Below, one piece after another: positions 10,741-21,012 of a stretch of 64,000 nt of DNA (within the stretch, counting starts at the first letter, position 1; every line of letters starts with the position of its first letter). A program made the position numbers and the translations under genes. Below the pieces are notes generated by a model. It had not been told where the DNA came from and ran no database searches. It was given only the letters and a program-made list of their open reading frames with translations. Source of the stretch: a bacterium (GTDB lineage Bacteria > Patescibacteriota > Minisyncoccia > Phycocordibacterales > UBA5272); the NCBI GenBank assembly GCA_043765155.1, contig JAYUJP010000053.1:14116-78115 (forward strand), given 5' to 3'.

Positions 10741-11193
10741 ATGAAAATAAATTATAAATATACAACAATAATATTAGCATTAGCTCTTATTGTAACTTAT
10801 TCGTGGCACTGGAATGATATTTTCTTTCACAAAAATAACGAAATGAAAATGGGAGTGGAGATGAATAGTATGCACAAAATGCCGGGCGGAGGCATGATGA
10901 ATATGTCAGATATACAAGGCAATAGCATGCAAAAAGATATGAGCATGGACTCTATGATGACGGATATGCTAGCAAATATGAAAGGCAAGGCTGGCGCTGA
11001 GCTAGAAAAAACATTTTTACAAGACATGATAATACATCATCAAGGTGCCGTAGACATGTCTACAGCATTATTAAAAGATAAATCGGTGAGGCAAGAATTA
11101 GCAAAATTTGCAAATGATATTATCTCAGCGCAGACCAGCGAAATATCAATGCAAAAGAAATGGTTAAAAGATTGGTTCAATATAAACAAATAA
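10741..11193 (+). CDS. DUF305-family protein with Met-rich N-terminal region (putative periplasmic Cu-binding)
   Basis: Signal/TM segment, then a Met-rich stretch (MHKMPGGGMMNMSDIQGNSMQKDMSMDSMMTDM), then the MIIHHQGAVDM motif typical of DUF305. Confidence 0.65.
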   Translation: MKINYKYTTIILALALIVTYSWHWNDIFFHKNNEMKMGVEMNSMHKMPGGGMMNMSDIQGNSMQKDMSMDSMMTDMLANMKGKAGAELEKTFLQDMIIHHQGAVDMSTALLKDKSVRQELAKFANDIISAQTSEISMQKKWLKDWFNINK

Positions 11194-11194
11194 T

Positions 11195-11674
11195 ATGAGT
11201 AGCCCTGAAAAATCTTTTGCCTCTCATATGCTACGCTATGTAGGGGTAGGACTAATATCTGGATCAATAGTTCACGCTGGTACACTTGGTGGTAATGTAA
11301 CTCAGTATGTAGCGCTAATAGTCCTAGGAGTAATAGCATTTATATATGGCACATATTTAGAATATGATAATAGGATAGATAAAAAGTTTGTATCATTTAT
11401 ATTGATCTCGGTAGTGATATCTATCGGGACCGGCATGGTTAGCGGCGGCACTCAGCATTATCTAGACGGTCCGGTATTTGCGTCTATTATATTACCTATT
11501 GGTCTACTTGTCGCGTATATCGCTTATTTATATAGGGATTACGGAAATAAAATGTCCATAAAAAGAATCTTAACTGCTATATGTCTAACTTCTCTACTTA
11601 GTTTTGTACTTTATACAACAGCACATCAGATACCAACGGCAGAAAATCATCACGCCTTAAACGAGGAACACTAA
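11195..11674 (+). CDS. Hypothetical integral membrane protein, 159 aa
   Basis: Four to five hydrophobic helices. Last gene of the csoR operon. Confidence 0.5.
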   Translation: MSSPEKSFASHMLRYVGVGLISGSIVHAGTLGGNVTQYVALIVLGVIAFIYGTYLEYDNRIDKKFVSFILISVVISIGTGMVSGGTQHYLDGPVFASIILPIGLLVAYIAYLYRDYGNKMSIKRILTAICLTSLLSFVLYTTAHQIPTAENHHALNEEH

Positions 11675-11682
11675 TGGAAAAG

Positions 11683-11716
11683 CAAAAAGTGCAGACGAAG
11701 GCCGCACTTTTTGCTT
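11683..11716. terminator. Bidirectional rho-independent terminator between the csoR operon and rpoC
   Basis: AAAAGTGC-N11-GCACTTTT hairpin with T/A tracts on both sides. Confidence 0.6.
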
Positions 11717-11764
11717 TGATTACTATTTTTATTTATAAAAAATTTAAAATAAATTCTTATCTAA

Positions 11765-14700
11765 TTAAATTCCCCTTATACCTGTACCTGCTGGTATTAG
11801 CTTACCTATGATTACATTCTCTTTTAGTCCCATCAAGTTATCAACCTGACCGCGAGTAGCGGCTTGGATTAGAACCTTGGTGGTGCTCTGGAATGAAGCG
11901 CTCGATAGCCAAGACGTAGTAGTTAGTGACACCTCAGAGACTCCAAGTATTAGATTGTTAGCCTCAGCTACTTTTCCATTACTTGCTTTTACTCTGTTGT
12001 TCTCATCTCTGAATGTTGAGATCTCGATTAGGTCTCCTTGTGAGAATCTACTGTCGCCTGGAGACGTTATACGTACACGGCTAGTCATCTGCTTGATGAT
12101 AACCTCAAGATGCTTTCTTGAAATAGCAGCACCCTGTAGCTCATATACTTTTAGTATTTCTGTTACAATGTACTCCTCAGCATATTCTGGACCTGCGTAC
12201 TTGTAGATCTCATCTATATCACATGATCCGTCGGTTAGTATCTGACCCTTTTTGACTCTATCGCCCTTTTTGACAAGAGTAGATCTTCTTGGACCCATGC
12301 TATACTCAACTATTTTACCCTTCTTATTACCCTTAGCAGTATCTGCCTCATCGGCTAATATAACTATAGTACGGTCTCCCTTTTCTGTTCTGATATCATA
12401 CACCTCACCGTCTTCATGAGCGATAGTCGCTGGTGACTTTGGCATACGTCTTTCGAATATCTCTTCTACGCGTGGTAGACCTGAAGTGATGTCAGTACCC
12501 GCCACACCTCCGGAGTGGAATGTACGCATAGTTAGCTGTGTACCCGGCTCACCTACGGCCTGAGCAGCGACTATACCTATAGCCTCACCAAGATTAACAT
12601 ATTTGTTACGTCCCATGTCAAGTCCATAACATTTACGACATACGCCGTGTAATGATGTACACTTGAGCGGTATAAATACATGTACCTCTTGTATATCTGA
12701 TGCCTCTATTGCTAGGGCCTCAGGTACAGTTATAAGATGCTTCTCGGCTAATACCACTCCGTTTAGATTTAACTCTTTTGCTAATATTCTACCGCGGACA
12801 AATTTGGCTATTGATATTTCATTTCCAAATATATTATGTCTTCTAAAAGTCTTATACTCTTTTGTACCACAATCTTCTTCGGTAATGATAGCGTCTTGGG
12901 CAACGTCTACAAGTCTACGAGTAAGATAACCAGCCTGAGCTGTCTTAAGGGCCGTATCCGAGTTACCTTTACGAGCACCGTAAGTAGTAATAAAGTATTC
13001 CATTGGTGTTAGACCCTGTATATATGATGACAATACCGGATAGTCTAGCTGCTTACCCGAGTTGTTAACGATAATACCTTTCATACCGGCTAGCTGTATT
13101 AGCTGTGCCATCGAGCCACGCGCACCAGAAGTTATAAGGTCATATACTGAGCTACTATTTGTTACGTTTTTAGCCAATACATCCTGCACGCTTTTTCTAA
13201 TATCTTGCCATACATGTATAGTCTTTTCATATCTTTCATCATCTGAGAGTAGTCCTTCGCCAAAGTTTTCATTTATACTCTCAACTTTTTTCCATCCGAC
13301 ATCTATCATCTCATACTTTTCTTTTGGCTCTGTTACTGCGGTTAAGTTCCAAGTAGTTCCTGACTTTGCAGCATACTTGAATCCAAAAGATTTTATCTTA
13401 TCGATTATTCTTGGCGCTTCATCAGCTGAGAATTTAGAAAATACGTCCTCCATGATTTGATTCATTTTCTTTTTGTCTACTGCCTCATTGATATATGCAT
13501 ACTCAGATGAGAATACGCTATTCCATAATAATCTTCCTACTGTTGTCTCAAATACTTTACCTTCAAATTGTGCATACTTTAGCTTATCAGTTGGCATAAC
13601 ATGTATCTTGGCTCTCATATCTACTATACCAAAGTCATTAGCGGTTATGGCTTCATTTGGGCTGGTAAAGTATTTACCTTCACCATGAGCGCCAGGTACC
13701 ACTGTGGTCATCCAAAAGGCTCCGAGTATCATATCCATGCGCGGATTAACTATAGAGTCTCCTGATCCCGGCTTAAGTAGATTACGATGCGCAGCCATCA
13801 GGTCACGAGCTTCACGCTGAGCCTCATCAGAAAGCGGAAGATGTACGGCCATCTGGTCTCCGTCAAAGTCCGCGTTAAATGCCTCACACACAAGTGGATG
13901 CAGCTGTATAGCTTTACCCTCAATTAGTCTTGGCTTGAACGCTTGTATACCTAATCTATGTAGTGTTGGCGCACGATTAAGTAGTACGTACTTACCCTGT
14001 ATAACTTCCTCAAGTATAGCCCATACTTCTGGTATGCTGTCTTCTATTAATTTGTTAGCTCCTCTTATGTTAAAAGTAAATTCTCTTTCTATAAGCTTAG
14101 AGATTATGAATGGCTTGAATAATTCCATTGCCATGTTTTTAGGCAGTCCACACTCTTCAAGAGTTAGCTCTGGACCCACCACAATAACTGAACGAGCTGA
14201 ATAGTCCACACGTTTACCAAGTAGGTTACCACGCAGTATACCTGTCTTACCTTTTAAATTATCAGAAAGTGATTTTAAGACTCTTTTTTGACCAGTAAGG
14301 GCTACAGCTGCATCACCATGACGAGCCGAATTATCAATAAGAGCGTCAACAGCCTCTTGAAGTATACGCTTTTCATTTCTAAGAATCACGTCTGGCGCGT
14401 CTATTTCAAGAAGTTTCTTAAGACGAGTATTTCTGTTTATAACTCTTCTGTAAAGATCATTCACATCACTAGTCGCGTGACGTCCACCCTCAAGAGCAAC
14501 CATAGGTCTTATACCTGCTGGTACTACTGGTAACGCTGACATAAACATCCACTCTGGGCGCTGGCCAGAATTTTTAAATGCACGCACTAGTGACAATCTC
14601 TTTTCTAATTTCTCCCTGTCTGTAGATCCAGAATCAGCAAGTAGCGCTGCTACGTCCTTTTCTAATACTTCAAGGTCGATATTTTTAAATATATTATGTA

Positions 14701-15352
14701 TTGCCTCGGCTCCGATAGCAGCCTCAAAACATGTGCCATAACGCATAGCGTATCTGTGATATACTGACTCATCTATTATTTTCCAGGGTCTTAGATCTTT
14801 TATTTCTTTTTTAGCAGCGTCCATCAATTCTATAAGTCTATCTCTTGTCTTTTCGTCTTGAGTTGATTTTATCTTCTCTTTGAATTCTGACTCAAGGGAC
14901 TTGATAACTTCTGCTTTTGTCTCCTCATTCACACTTGTGATTATGTATCCAGCAAAATATATCACCTTCTCAACGTCAGATAGCGTAGACCCTAGCATCA
15001 TAGCTATACGTCCTGGTACATTACGGAGAAACCATATATGCGCTACAGGTACAGCTAGGTCAATATGACCCATACGCTCACGTCTTACTATGGACTTTGT
15101 GACTTCCACTCCACACTTCTCACATATTATGCCCTTATATCTAATACGGCGATATTTACCACAGTAACATTCATAATCTTTTTCAGGTCCAAATATCTTT
15201 TCGTCAAATAGTCCATGTCTCTCACTTCTACCTGTACGATAGTTGATAGTCTCAGGTCTTGTTACTTCACCGTAACTCCAAGATCTTATTGATTCTGGAC
15301 TTGCTATACGAAGTGTCAGCGCATCGAAATTTTTTGTATTTATTGTTTTCAT
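11765..15352 (-). CDS. rpoC: DNA-directed RNA polymerase subunit beta prime
   Basis: NADFDGDQMAVH catalytic motif, zinc-binding Cys near the N-terminus, 1195 aa. Confidence 0.97.
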   Translation of the reverse strand: MKTINTKNFDALTLRIASPESIRSWSYGEVTRPETINYRTGRSERHGLFDEKIFGPEKDYECYCGKYRRIRYKGIICEKCGVEVTKSIVRRERMGHIDLAVPVAHIWFLRNVPGRIAMMLGSTLSDVEKVIYFAGYIITSVNEETKAEVIKSLESEFKEKIKSTQDEKTRDRLIELMDAAKKEIKDLRPWKIIDESVYHRYAMRYGTCFEAAIGAEAIHNIFKNIDLEVLEKDVAALLADSGSTDREKLEKRLSLVRAFKNSGQRPEWMFMSALPVVPAGIRPMVALEGGRHATSDVNDLYRRVINRNTRLKKLLEIDAPDVILRNEKRILQEAVDALIDNSARHGDAAVALTGQKRVLKSLSDNLKGKTGILRGNLLGKRVDYSARSVIVVGPELTLEECGLPKNMAMELFKPFIISKLIEREFTFNIRGANKLIEDSIPEVWAILEEVIQGKYVLLNRAPTLHRLGIQAFKPRLIEGKAIQLHPLVCEAFNADFDGDQMAVHLPLSDEAQREARDLMAAHRNLLKPGSGDSIVNPRMDMILGAFWMTTVVPGAHGEGKYFTSPNEAITANDFGIVDMRAKIHVMPTDKLKYAQFEGKVFETTVGRLLWNSVFSSEYAYINEAVDKKKMNQIMEDVFSKFSADEAPRIIDKIKSFGFKYAAKSGTTWNLTAVTEPKEKYEMIDVGWKKVESINENFGEGLLSDDERYEKTIHVWQDIRKSVQDVLAKNVTNSSSVYDLITSGARGSMAQLIQLAGMKGIIVNNSGKQLDYPVLSSYIQGLTPMEYFITTYGARKGNSDTALKTAQAGYLTRRLVDVAQDAIITEEDCGTKEYKTFRRHNIFGNEISIAKFVRGRILAKELNLNGVVLAEKHLITVPEALAIEASDIQEVHVFIPLKCTSLHGVCRKCYGLDMGRNKYVNLGEAIGIVAAQAVGEPGTQLTMRTFHSGGVAGTDITSGLPRVEEIFERRMPKSPATIAHEDGEVYDIRTEKGDRTIVILADEADTAKGNKKGKIVEYSMGPRRSTLVKKGDRVKKGQILTDGSCDIDEIYKYAGPEYAEEYIVTEILKVYELQGAAISRKHLEVIIKQMTSRVRITSPGDSRFSQGDLIEISTFRDENNRVKASNGKVAEANNLILGVSEVSLTTTSWLSSASFQSTTKVLIQAATRGQVDNLMGLKENVIIGKLIPAGTGIRGI

Positions 15353-15353
15353 A

Positions 15354-15390
15354 TTTTTGATTCAGTAGAATCACCTACTGGGTATTTATT
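15354..15390 (-). repeat. 35-nt conserved 5'-region element (copy 1, rpoB-rpoC intergenic); second copy at 45263-45298
   Basis: Minus-strand sense reads AAATACCCAGTAGGTGATTCTACTGAATCAAAAAT-ATG. It matches the recO upstream region at roughly 90% identity and contains the inverted repeat CAGTAG-N6-CTACTG. Confidence 0.55.
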
Positions 15391-15410
15391 TTTTATTTTA
15401 TGAATGTTAC

Positions 15411-18400
15411 TTAGTTGTTAATAATTTTATTTTCTGTATCATGACCCGAGGTTCTCTCTTCTTCTGTATATTCCTCGCTACCAGCTATTTGTCTTGGGAC
15501 AACGTCAAGTCCTAGGCCACGCAGATTATTAAGTAATACATTAAATGAAGCTGGCGTACCTGGCTCATCTATATCTTCACCCTTGATAATAGCGTCATAT
15601 ACTTGTGAGCGACCTTCTATATCGTCCGACTTTATAGTTAACATCTCGCGAAGTGTGTGGGCTGCACCGTAACCTTCTAGCGCCCATACTTCCATTTCTC
15701 CAAATCTCTGACCTCCTCCCTGAGCTTTACCTCCTAGTGGCTGCTGAGTGATTAGTGAGTACGGACCTATAGAACGTTGATGAAGTTTATCTTCAACCAT
15801 GTGATGCAGCTTGAGCATGTACATAGTACCGACTGCTATAGGCTTTTCAAATGCTTCACCAGTACGTCCATCATAAAGTGTAATTGTTCCCGACTTATCC
15901 ATACCCGCTTTTTCAAGTTCTGTTTGTATCTCATCCACGCTCGCACCTTGGAATGCTGGCACTACTGCCTGATAGCCTAATTTCTCAGCTGCATAACCTA
16001 AATGCATCTCGAGTATTTGTCCTAGATTCATACGTGATGGTATACCAAGCGGTGTTAATATAACGTCAACCGGTGTACCGTCTGCCATGTACGGCATCTC
16101 TTCTATTGGTAACACTCTTGAGATTACTCCCTTATTACCATGACGTCCGGCTAGCTTGTCACCAACTGTAATATTTCTGATCTGTGCTACTTCTATATGT
16201 ATTCTTTTGATAACACCACTATCAAGTGAGTCACCACGATCACGTGAGAATATTTTTACTCCAACTATTCTACCTCTCTTACCATTATCAAGTCTAAGGC
16301 AAGTATCTTTTACGTCACGAACTTTTTCGCCAAATATAGATCTAAGCAGTCTCTCTTCTGGAGTTAATTCTGTCTCACCTTTTGGTGTAATCTTTCCTAC
16401 AAGTATATCACCTGGCAGAACTTCGGCTCCGACACGGATAATACCATCCTCATCTAGATTCTTAAGCTTAACCTCTGACACATTTGGTATGTCATGAGTA
16501 GTAACTTCTTCTCCAAGCTTAGTGTCACGAACATTACAGATAAATTCTTGTATATGTATTGATGTAAACTTTGAATTCTGTACTAACTTTTCTGAGATAA
16601 TAATCGCATCCTCATAATTGTATCCGCTCCATGGCATAAATGCGACAGTTACGTTTTGACCCAGGGCTACCTGACCATTTTCTGATGTAGATGAGTCGGC
16701 CATAATTTGTCCCTTTTCAACTTTTTGTCCTATACTAACTACTGGTGACTGATGAAATACATTGAACACATTAGTCTTGGCAAAAGTCACAAGATTATAA
16801 TCTTTTTCCTTTTTACCGTACTTTACGCTAATCTTTTTAGCATCAACATAAGTCACAGTACCCTCGTCCTCAGCGTATATCATACGACCTATATCACGCG
16901 CTGCTGTCTCCTCTGTACCTGTTGATACATAAGGGGCCTCACGTACCATTAGTGGTACAGCTTGTCTTTGCATGTTACTTCCCATCAGTGCACGGTTGGC
17001 GTCATCATGCTCTAGGAATGGGATCATTGATGTTGCTACTGAGTAGGCCTGATTGGTCGCTACGTCCACGTACTGCACCTCACTCACATTCACAATAGCT
17101 GGCTGAGAATATCTACGTGCTGATATTTTCTCACCTTGTATTTTCATATTCTTGTCATAGTCTATAGAAAGCGGAGCGATAATATGCTTCTCTTCTTCAA
17201 ATGCATTCATGTATACTACCTCTTCTGTTATTTTGCCATTTTTAACTTTGGCATATGGAGTCTCGATAATACCAAATTCATTGATACGTGCATAATTAGC
17301 TTGTCTTAAAATTAGACCGATATTTGGACCCTCAGGAGTTTGTATAGGGCATACACGTCCATAATGACTTGTATGTACGTCACGCACCTCAAATCCAGCA
17401 CGCTCGCGAGTAAGTCCGCCGGGACCGAGGGCAGAAAGTGTACGCAAAGATTCTATCTCAGAAAGTAGATTCTCCTGATCCATGAATTGTGACAATTGAT
17501 TCACTGTAAAGAATTCTTTGATTCTAGCTTGTAATGGGCGCTGATTTACAACAGTAATAGGAAGAGTTGTGTCAACGTCGATAACTGACATCTTATCTTG
17601 TATATTTCTCTTCATCTGTAACATACCTTTACGCACTTGCTGGGCCATCATTTCTCCTACAAATCTAACACGTCTTGAACCAAGATGATCTATATCATCA
17701 GGCTGACTACTAGCATCTTTGTTAAGTTTGATTAGTTCCTCCACGATCATAACTATATCCTCTTTTGAAATAGTTTTTCTTATTTTCTTTTCATCAGTAG
17801 GTAGATCAAATCTTTTGTTAAATCTAAAACGTCCAACAGGAGATATATCATATCTCTCTTCTCCAAATAATCCGTCAAAATATTCTTTTGCATTTTCTGG
17901 AGTAGCCATATCACCATCACGCAGCTTTTTGTATATTTCTACATAACTTTCTGACTGTGACTTTATCATATCTTTTGCAAGTAGGGCGCGTATAAATTCT
18001 TGTGACTCTGCGTTAAAAGCTTTTAAGATCTGATCATCAGTACCAAGTCCAAACACGCGCAGTAGTGGTATAATACCAAATTTTCTTTTCTTGTCGATAC
18101 GCACTGATATCTCATTGTCCGGCTCAGAGAGTATCTCAGACCAGGCTCCGCGGCTAGGTATAACTTTTGCTAAAAAGTATCTTTTGCCCTTGATCTCATC
18201 TGTGTCGAAGAACACACCAAAAGATCTAGCGAGTTGAGGTACCACTACACGCTCAACACCGTTCACGATAAATGTACCGTGTACTGTCATCACTGGAAAG
18301 TCAGCCAAAAAGATATCCTGCTCCTTTGAGGTACCGAGTATCTTATTGGTAAGCTTTATCTTGCCGCGCATAGGCGCCTCATAAGATAGCTTATTATCTT

Positions 18401-18638
18401 TTGCATACACCTCATCATGTTTTGGAGCTGATATCTCGTATGACAAAAATTCTAAAGAGAACTTTTTGTCTGAGTAATCATTTATAGGAGAAAATTCCTT
18501 GAATATTTCTGCTACATCTTTTTCGACTAGGTTTTTATAAGAAAGTAATTGATTTTCCACCATGTTTGGGAGGTCTATCAAGGGTTTGCGATATTTTGCA
18601 AATGTTTTTTTGGGTAAGCTTGCTACACTTTTGTTCAT
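15411..18638 (-). CDS. rpoB: DNA-directed RNA polymerase subunit beta
   Basis: Full-length RpoB (1075 aa) with conserved blocks throughout. Preceded by a 298-nt non-coding leader rather than rplL. Confidence 0.97.
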   Translation of the reverse strand: MNKSVASLPKKTFAKYRKPLIDLPNMVENQLLSYKNLVEKDVAEIFKEFSPINDYSDKKFSLEFLSYEISAPKHDEVYAKDNKLSYEAPMRGKIKLTNKILGTSKEQDIFLADFPVMTVHGTFIVNGVERVVVPQLARSFGVFFDTDEIKGKRYFLAKVIPSRGAWSEILSEPDNEISVRIDKKRKFGIIPLLRVFGLGTDDQILKAFNAESQEFIRALLAKDMIKSQSESYVEIYKKLRDGDMATPENAKEYFDGLFGEERYDISPVGRFRFNKRFDLPTDEKKIRKTISKEDIVMIVEELIKLNKDASSQPDDIDHLGSRRVRFVGEMMAQQVRKGMLQMKRNIQDKMSVIDVDTTLPITVVNQRPLQARIKEFFTVNQLSQFMDQENLLSEIESLRTLSALGPGGLTRERAGFEVRDVHTSHYGRVCPIQTPEGPNIGLILRQANYARINEFGIIETPYAKVKNGKITEEVVYMNAFEEEKHIIAPLSIDYDKNMKIQGEKISARRYSQPAIVNVSEVQYVDVATNQAYSVATSMIPFLEHDDANRALMGSNMQRQAVPLMVREAPYVSTGTEETAARDIGRMIYAEDEGTVTYVDAKKISVKYGKKEKDYNLVTFAKTNVFNVFHQSPVVSIGQKVEKGQIMADSSTSENGQVALGQNVTVAFMPWSGYNYEDAIIISEKLVQNSKFTSIHIQEFICNVRDTKLGEEVTTHDIPNVSEVKLKNLDEDGIIRVGAEVLPGDILVGKITPKGETELTPEERLLRSIFGEKVRDVKDTCLRLDNGKRGRIVGVKIFSRDRGDSLDSGVIKRIHIEVAQIRNITVGDKLAGRHGNKGVISRVLPIEEMPYMADGTPVDVILTPLGIPSRMNLGQILEMHLGYAAEKLGYQAVVPAFQGASVDEIQTELEKAGMDKSGTITLYDGRTGEAFEKPIAVGTMYMLKLHHMVEDKLHQRSIGPYSLITQQPLGGKAQGGGQRFGEMEVWALEGYGAAHTLREMLTIKSDDIEGRSQVYDAIIKGEDIDEPGTPASFNVLLNNLRGLGLDVVPRQIAGSEEYTEEERTSGHDTENKIINN

Positions 18639-18936
18639 ATTTAAAATAAATAATTATTAAAAATTAAATAGCATTTTAAAAATAAGAAAATCACACTGGA
18701 CGTTTTATGGCTTTAAAGTGTGAGAATTTTTAAAATAATATTTAGATAATTAATTTTAATGGGAGATTGATAATTATAGACTTACTAGTTAATTAGCTTG
18801 TCTTTCGGCACCGATTTCTTGTCGCGCTGGTCTATACACAATCTTTAGCGTTTGCATATTATATCACAATTTGGATTAAAAGCAAGCGCTTTTCCACATA
18901 ATTTCGCTTAAATGTCTACACATTACATTTTTGTAC

Positions 18937-20403
18937 TCATATCTTATATTTATAGTATATATCTTTTATATTTTCTATCAGTTTTTCAAGTTCTCTTTTA
19001 GTAGTAGCCCTACCCATAGTGATGCGAATATTTTCATTACTTTCCTTTTCGCTAGCGCCCATAGCGCGCAGTACATATGACCCCTCGCCTATTTCGTTAC
19101 TACTGCATGCCGACTTGTGAGATACACAGAACCCCTTGTAGTCTAGCCTTATAACCATCTCGTCACTCAGTATGCCCGGCAGGCCTATGTTTATGTTATT
19201 AGGTAGCGACTCCAGATTAAAATAGTTAATTCTAGCGCTAATTTTATTGTTATCTACAGCCAGATTTCCTTTGTTAATTTTATTAAAACTATTTTTTAAC
19301 CAGCTATTTAATATATTTTCTTTTTTATTAATAATTTTATTTACATCATTTTTATGAGTGTATATTTTTATCTCTGATATTTCTTTTTTAACTTTCTCTA
19401 AAAAGTAATTTTGTAAGTCTAACATTCTTACGATTTCAATATCTCTTTTCTCTTTTGCTATTTTAAGAGCATGCGCTAGACCGACTATTTTAACCACATC
19501 TTCTGTGCCGCTTCTGAGTCCTCTTTCTTGGCCACCACCATGGATTATAGGCGTAATATTTATACTTTTATGTTTGTATAATAAGCCTACCCCTTTTGGA
19601 CCATAAGTCTTGCAGCCATTTATGCTTAGCATATCGGCTCTTAACTTTTTAATATCTAGGTCAAGATAATTCCCCGCCTGCATCGCATCTATGTAATAGG
19701 CTATTTTATTGTGCCTGTCTCCGGTGCGCGCTTCGCGCGCACCGGCACTATTATTGTTTATACTAGTATTATACAAATCTATAATTCTCCCAATCTCCTT
19801 TACCGGCTGCACACGACCTGTCTCATTATTAGCATACATTATACTAACTAAAATTATATTATCTTTATTTTCTAATCCGGAATTTTTAAGTATTTCTCTA
19901 AGGTGATTTTCATCAACACGTCCAGTCTCATCAACTTCTAAGTATTTAATTTTTACTAGGCCTTTGCTTTCTAAATGTAAAACAGGGTTAAGTACTGCAG
20001 AATGCTCAATGTTACTTGTAATTATAGTGGGAATAGAGTTTTTTATAGGATCAGATTTTGAGTTTTTGTTTTCATTTTCTTTTAGATAATTTTCTATATA
20101 ACCAATTAGTCCCATATTTAAACTTTCTGTACCAGATCCTGTAAAAATAATTTCCTGACTTGCGCAATTTAAAACACTAGAGATTATTTTTCTACTTTCT
20201 TCTATTTTATTTTTGGCCTCTACTCCCATTCTATATATTCCTGACGGGTTAGCATACAAACTCTCTGCCTCATGCATAGCTTTTACGACTTCATCGTCAA
20301 CAGGTGTCGCAGCAGCGTGGTCTAGGTAAACATTATTATAAGCATTATTATTATGCTTTTTTTCTACAAAAATGTTTTTAAGGTTTATATTTAAAAAATT
20401 CAT
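18937..20403 (-). CDS. Cysteine desulfurase (NifS/IscS family, class V aminotransferase) with low-complexity insertions
   Basis: VYLDHAAATP N-terminus, the PLP-Lys region (...NGCKTYGPKGVG), and a C-terminal active-site Cys (HKSACSS). Contains N-rich insertions and an all-GC palindromic segment at 19721-19745. Confidence 0.85.
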   Translation of the reverse strand: MNFLNINLKNIFVEKKHNNNAYNNVYLDHAAATPVDDEVVKAMHEAESLYANPSGIYRMGVEAKNKIEESRKIISSVLNCASQEIIFTGSGTESLNMGLIGYIENYLKENENKNSKSDPIKNSIPTIITSNIEHSAVLNPVLHLESKGLVKIKYLEVDETGRVDENHLREILKNSGLENKDNIILVSIMYANNETGRVQPVKEIGRIIDLYNTSINNNSAGAREARTGDRHNKIAYYIDAMQAGNYLDLDIKKLRADMLSINGCKTYGPKGVGLLYKHKSINITPIIHGGGQERGLRSGTEDVVKIVGLAHALKIAKEKRDIEIVRMLDLQNYFLEKVKKEISEIKIYTHKNDVNKIINKKENILNSWLKNSFNKINKGNLAVDNNKISARINYFNLESLPNNINIGLPGILSDEMVIRLDYKGFCVSHKSACSSNEIGEGSYVLRAMGASEKESNENIRITMGRATTKRELEKLIENIKDIYYKYKI

Positions 20404-20433
20404 AAATTACACTTACACTTTTTATTCATCTAA

Positions 20434-20925
20434 TTATCTTACATCCCCCATCACCTCTTTTGTATGATCAGCAGGTTTTACACTCTCGTATATTTTTTCT
20501 ATTTTACCATTAGTATCTATCAGTATGCTTTTGCGCAATACTCCTAAGAATTCTCTTCCCATAAATTTTTTCGGTGCCCAGGCATTATAACTTTTTATCA
20601 TCTCAGTACTTTCATCTGATAAAATAGGAAAGTTAAGATTATATTTTTCTGCGAACTTTTTGTGACTTTTTATACTATCTTTGCTCACACCCAAAATTAC
20701 AAGTCCGCATTTTTCTAATTCACTACTACTATCTCTAAAGTTACAAGCCTCCGTAGTACATCCTGGCGTATCATCTTTTGGATAAAAATATATGAGGACT
20801 TTTTTATTTTGTTTTGTGTATTGTGACAAACTTCTCTCTATACCGTCTTGATCGAGTAATTTAAAATCAGGAGCTATATCTCCAATTTTTAATATTGCAT
20901 TTTCTTTTATTTGAGCTTTTTCCAT
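20434..20925 (-). CDS. bcp: Peroxiredoxin Bcp (thiol peroxidase)
   Basis: FYPKDDTPGCTTEAC active-site motif. Confidence 0.9.
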   Translation of the reverse strand: MEKAQIKENAILKIGDIAPDFKLLDQDGIERSLSQYTKQNKKVLIYFYPKDDTPGCTTEACNFRDSSSELEKCGLVILGVSKDSIKSHKKFAEKYNLNFPILSDESTEMIKSYNAWAPKKFMGREFLGVLRKSILIDTNGKIEKIYESVKPADHTKEVMGDVR

Positions 20926-21012
20926 ATTTTTTATTTATATTATAATTATAACACAACACAAAAATTTATATATACTTATATTGCATACGTAACTTATGAT
21001 CATTATACAAAA

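Noticed and set aside
11877-18000. Numerous 60-130-aa ORFs antisense to rpoC and rpoB
   Set aside because: They sit on the antisense strand of highly conserved genes and have no start or promoter context. They are standard spurious ORFs.
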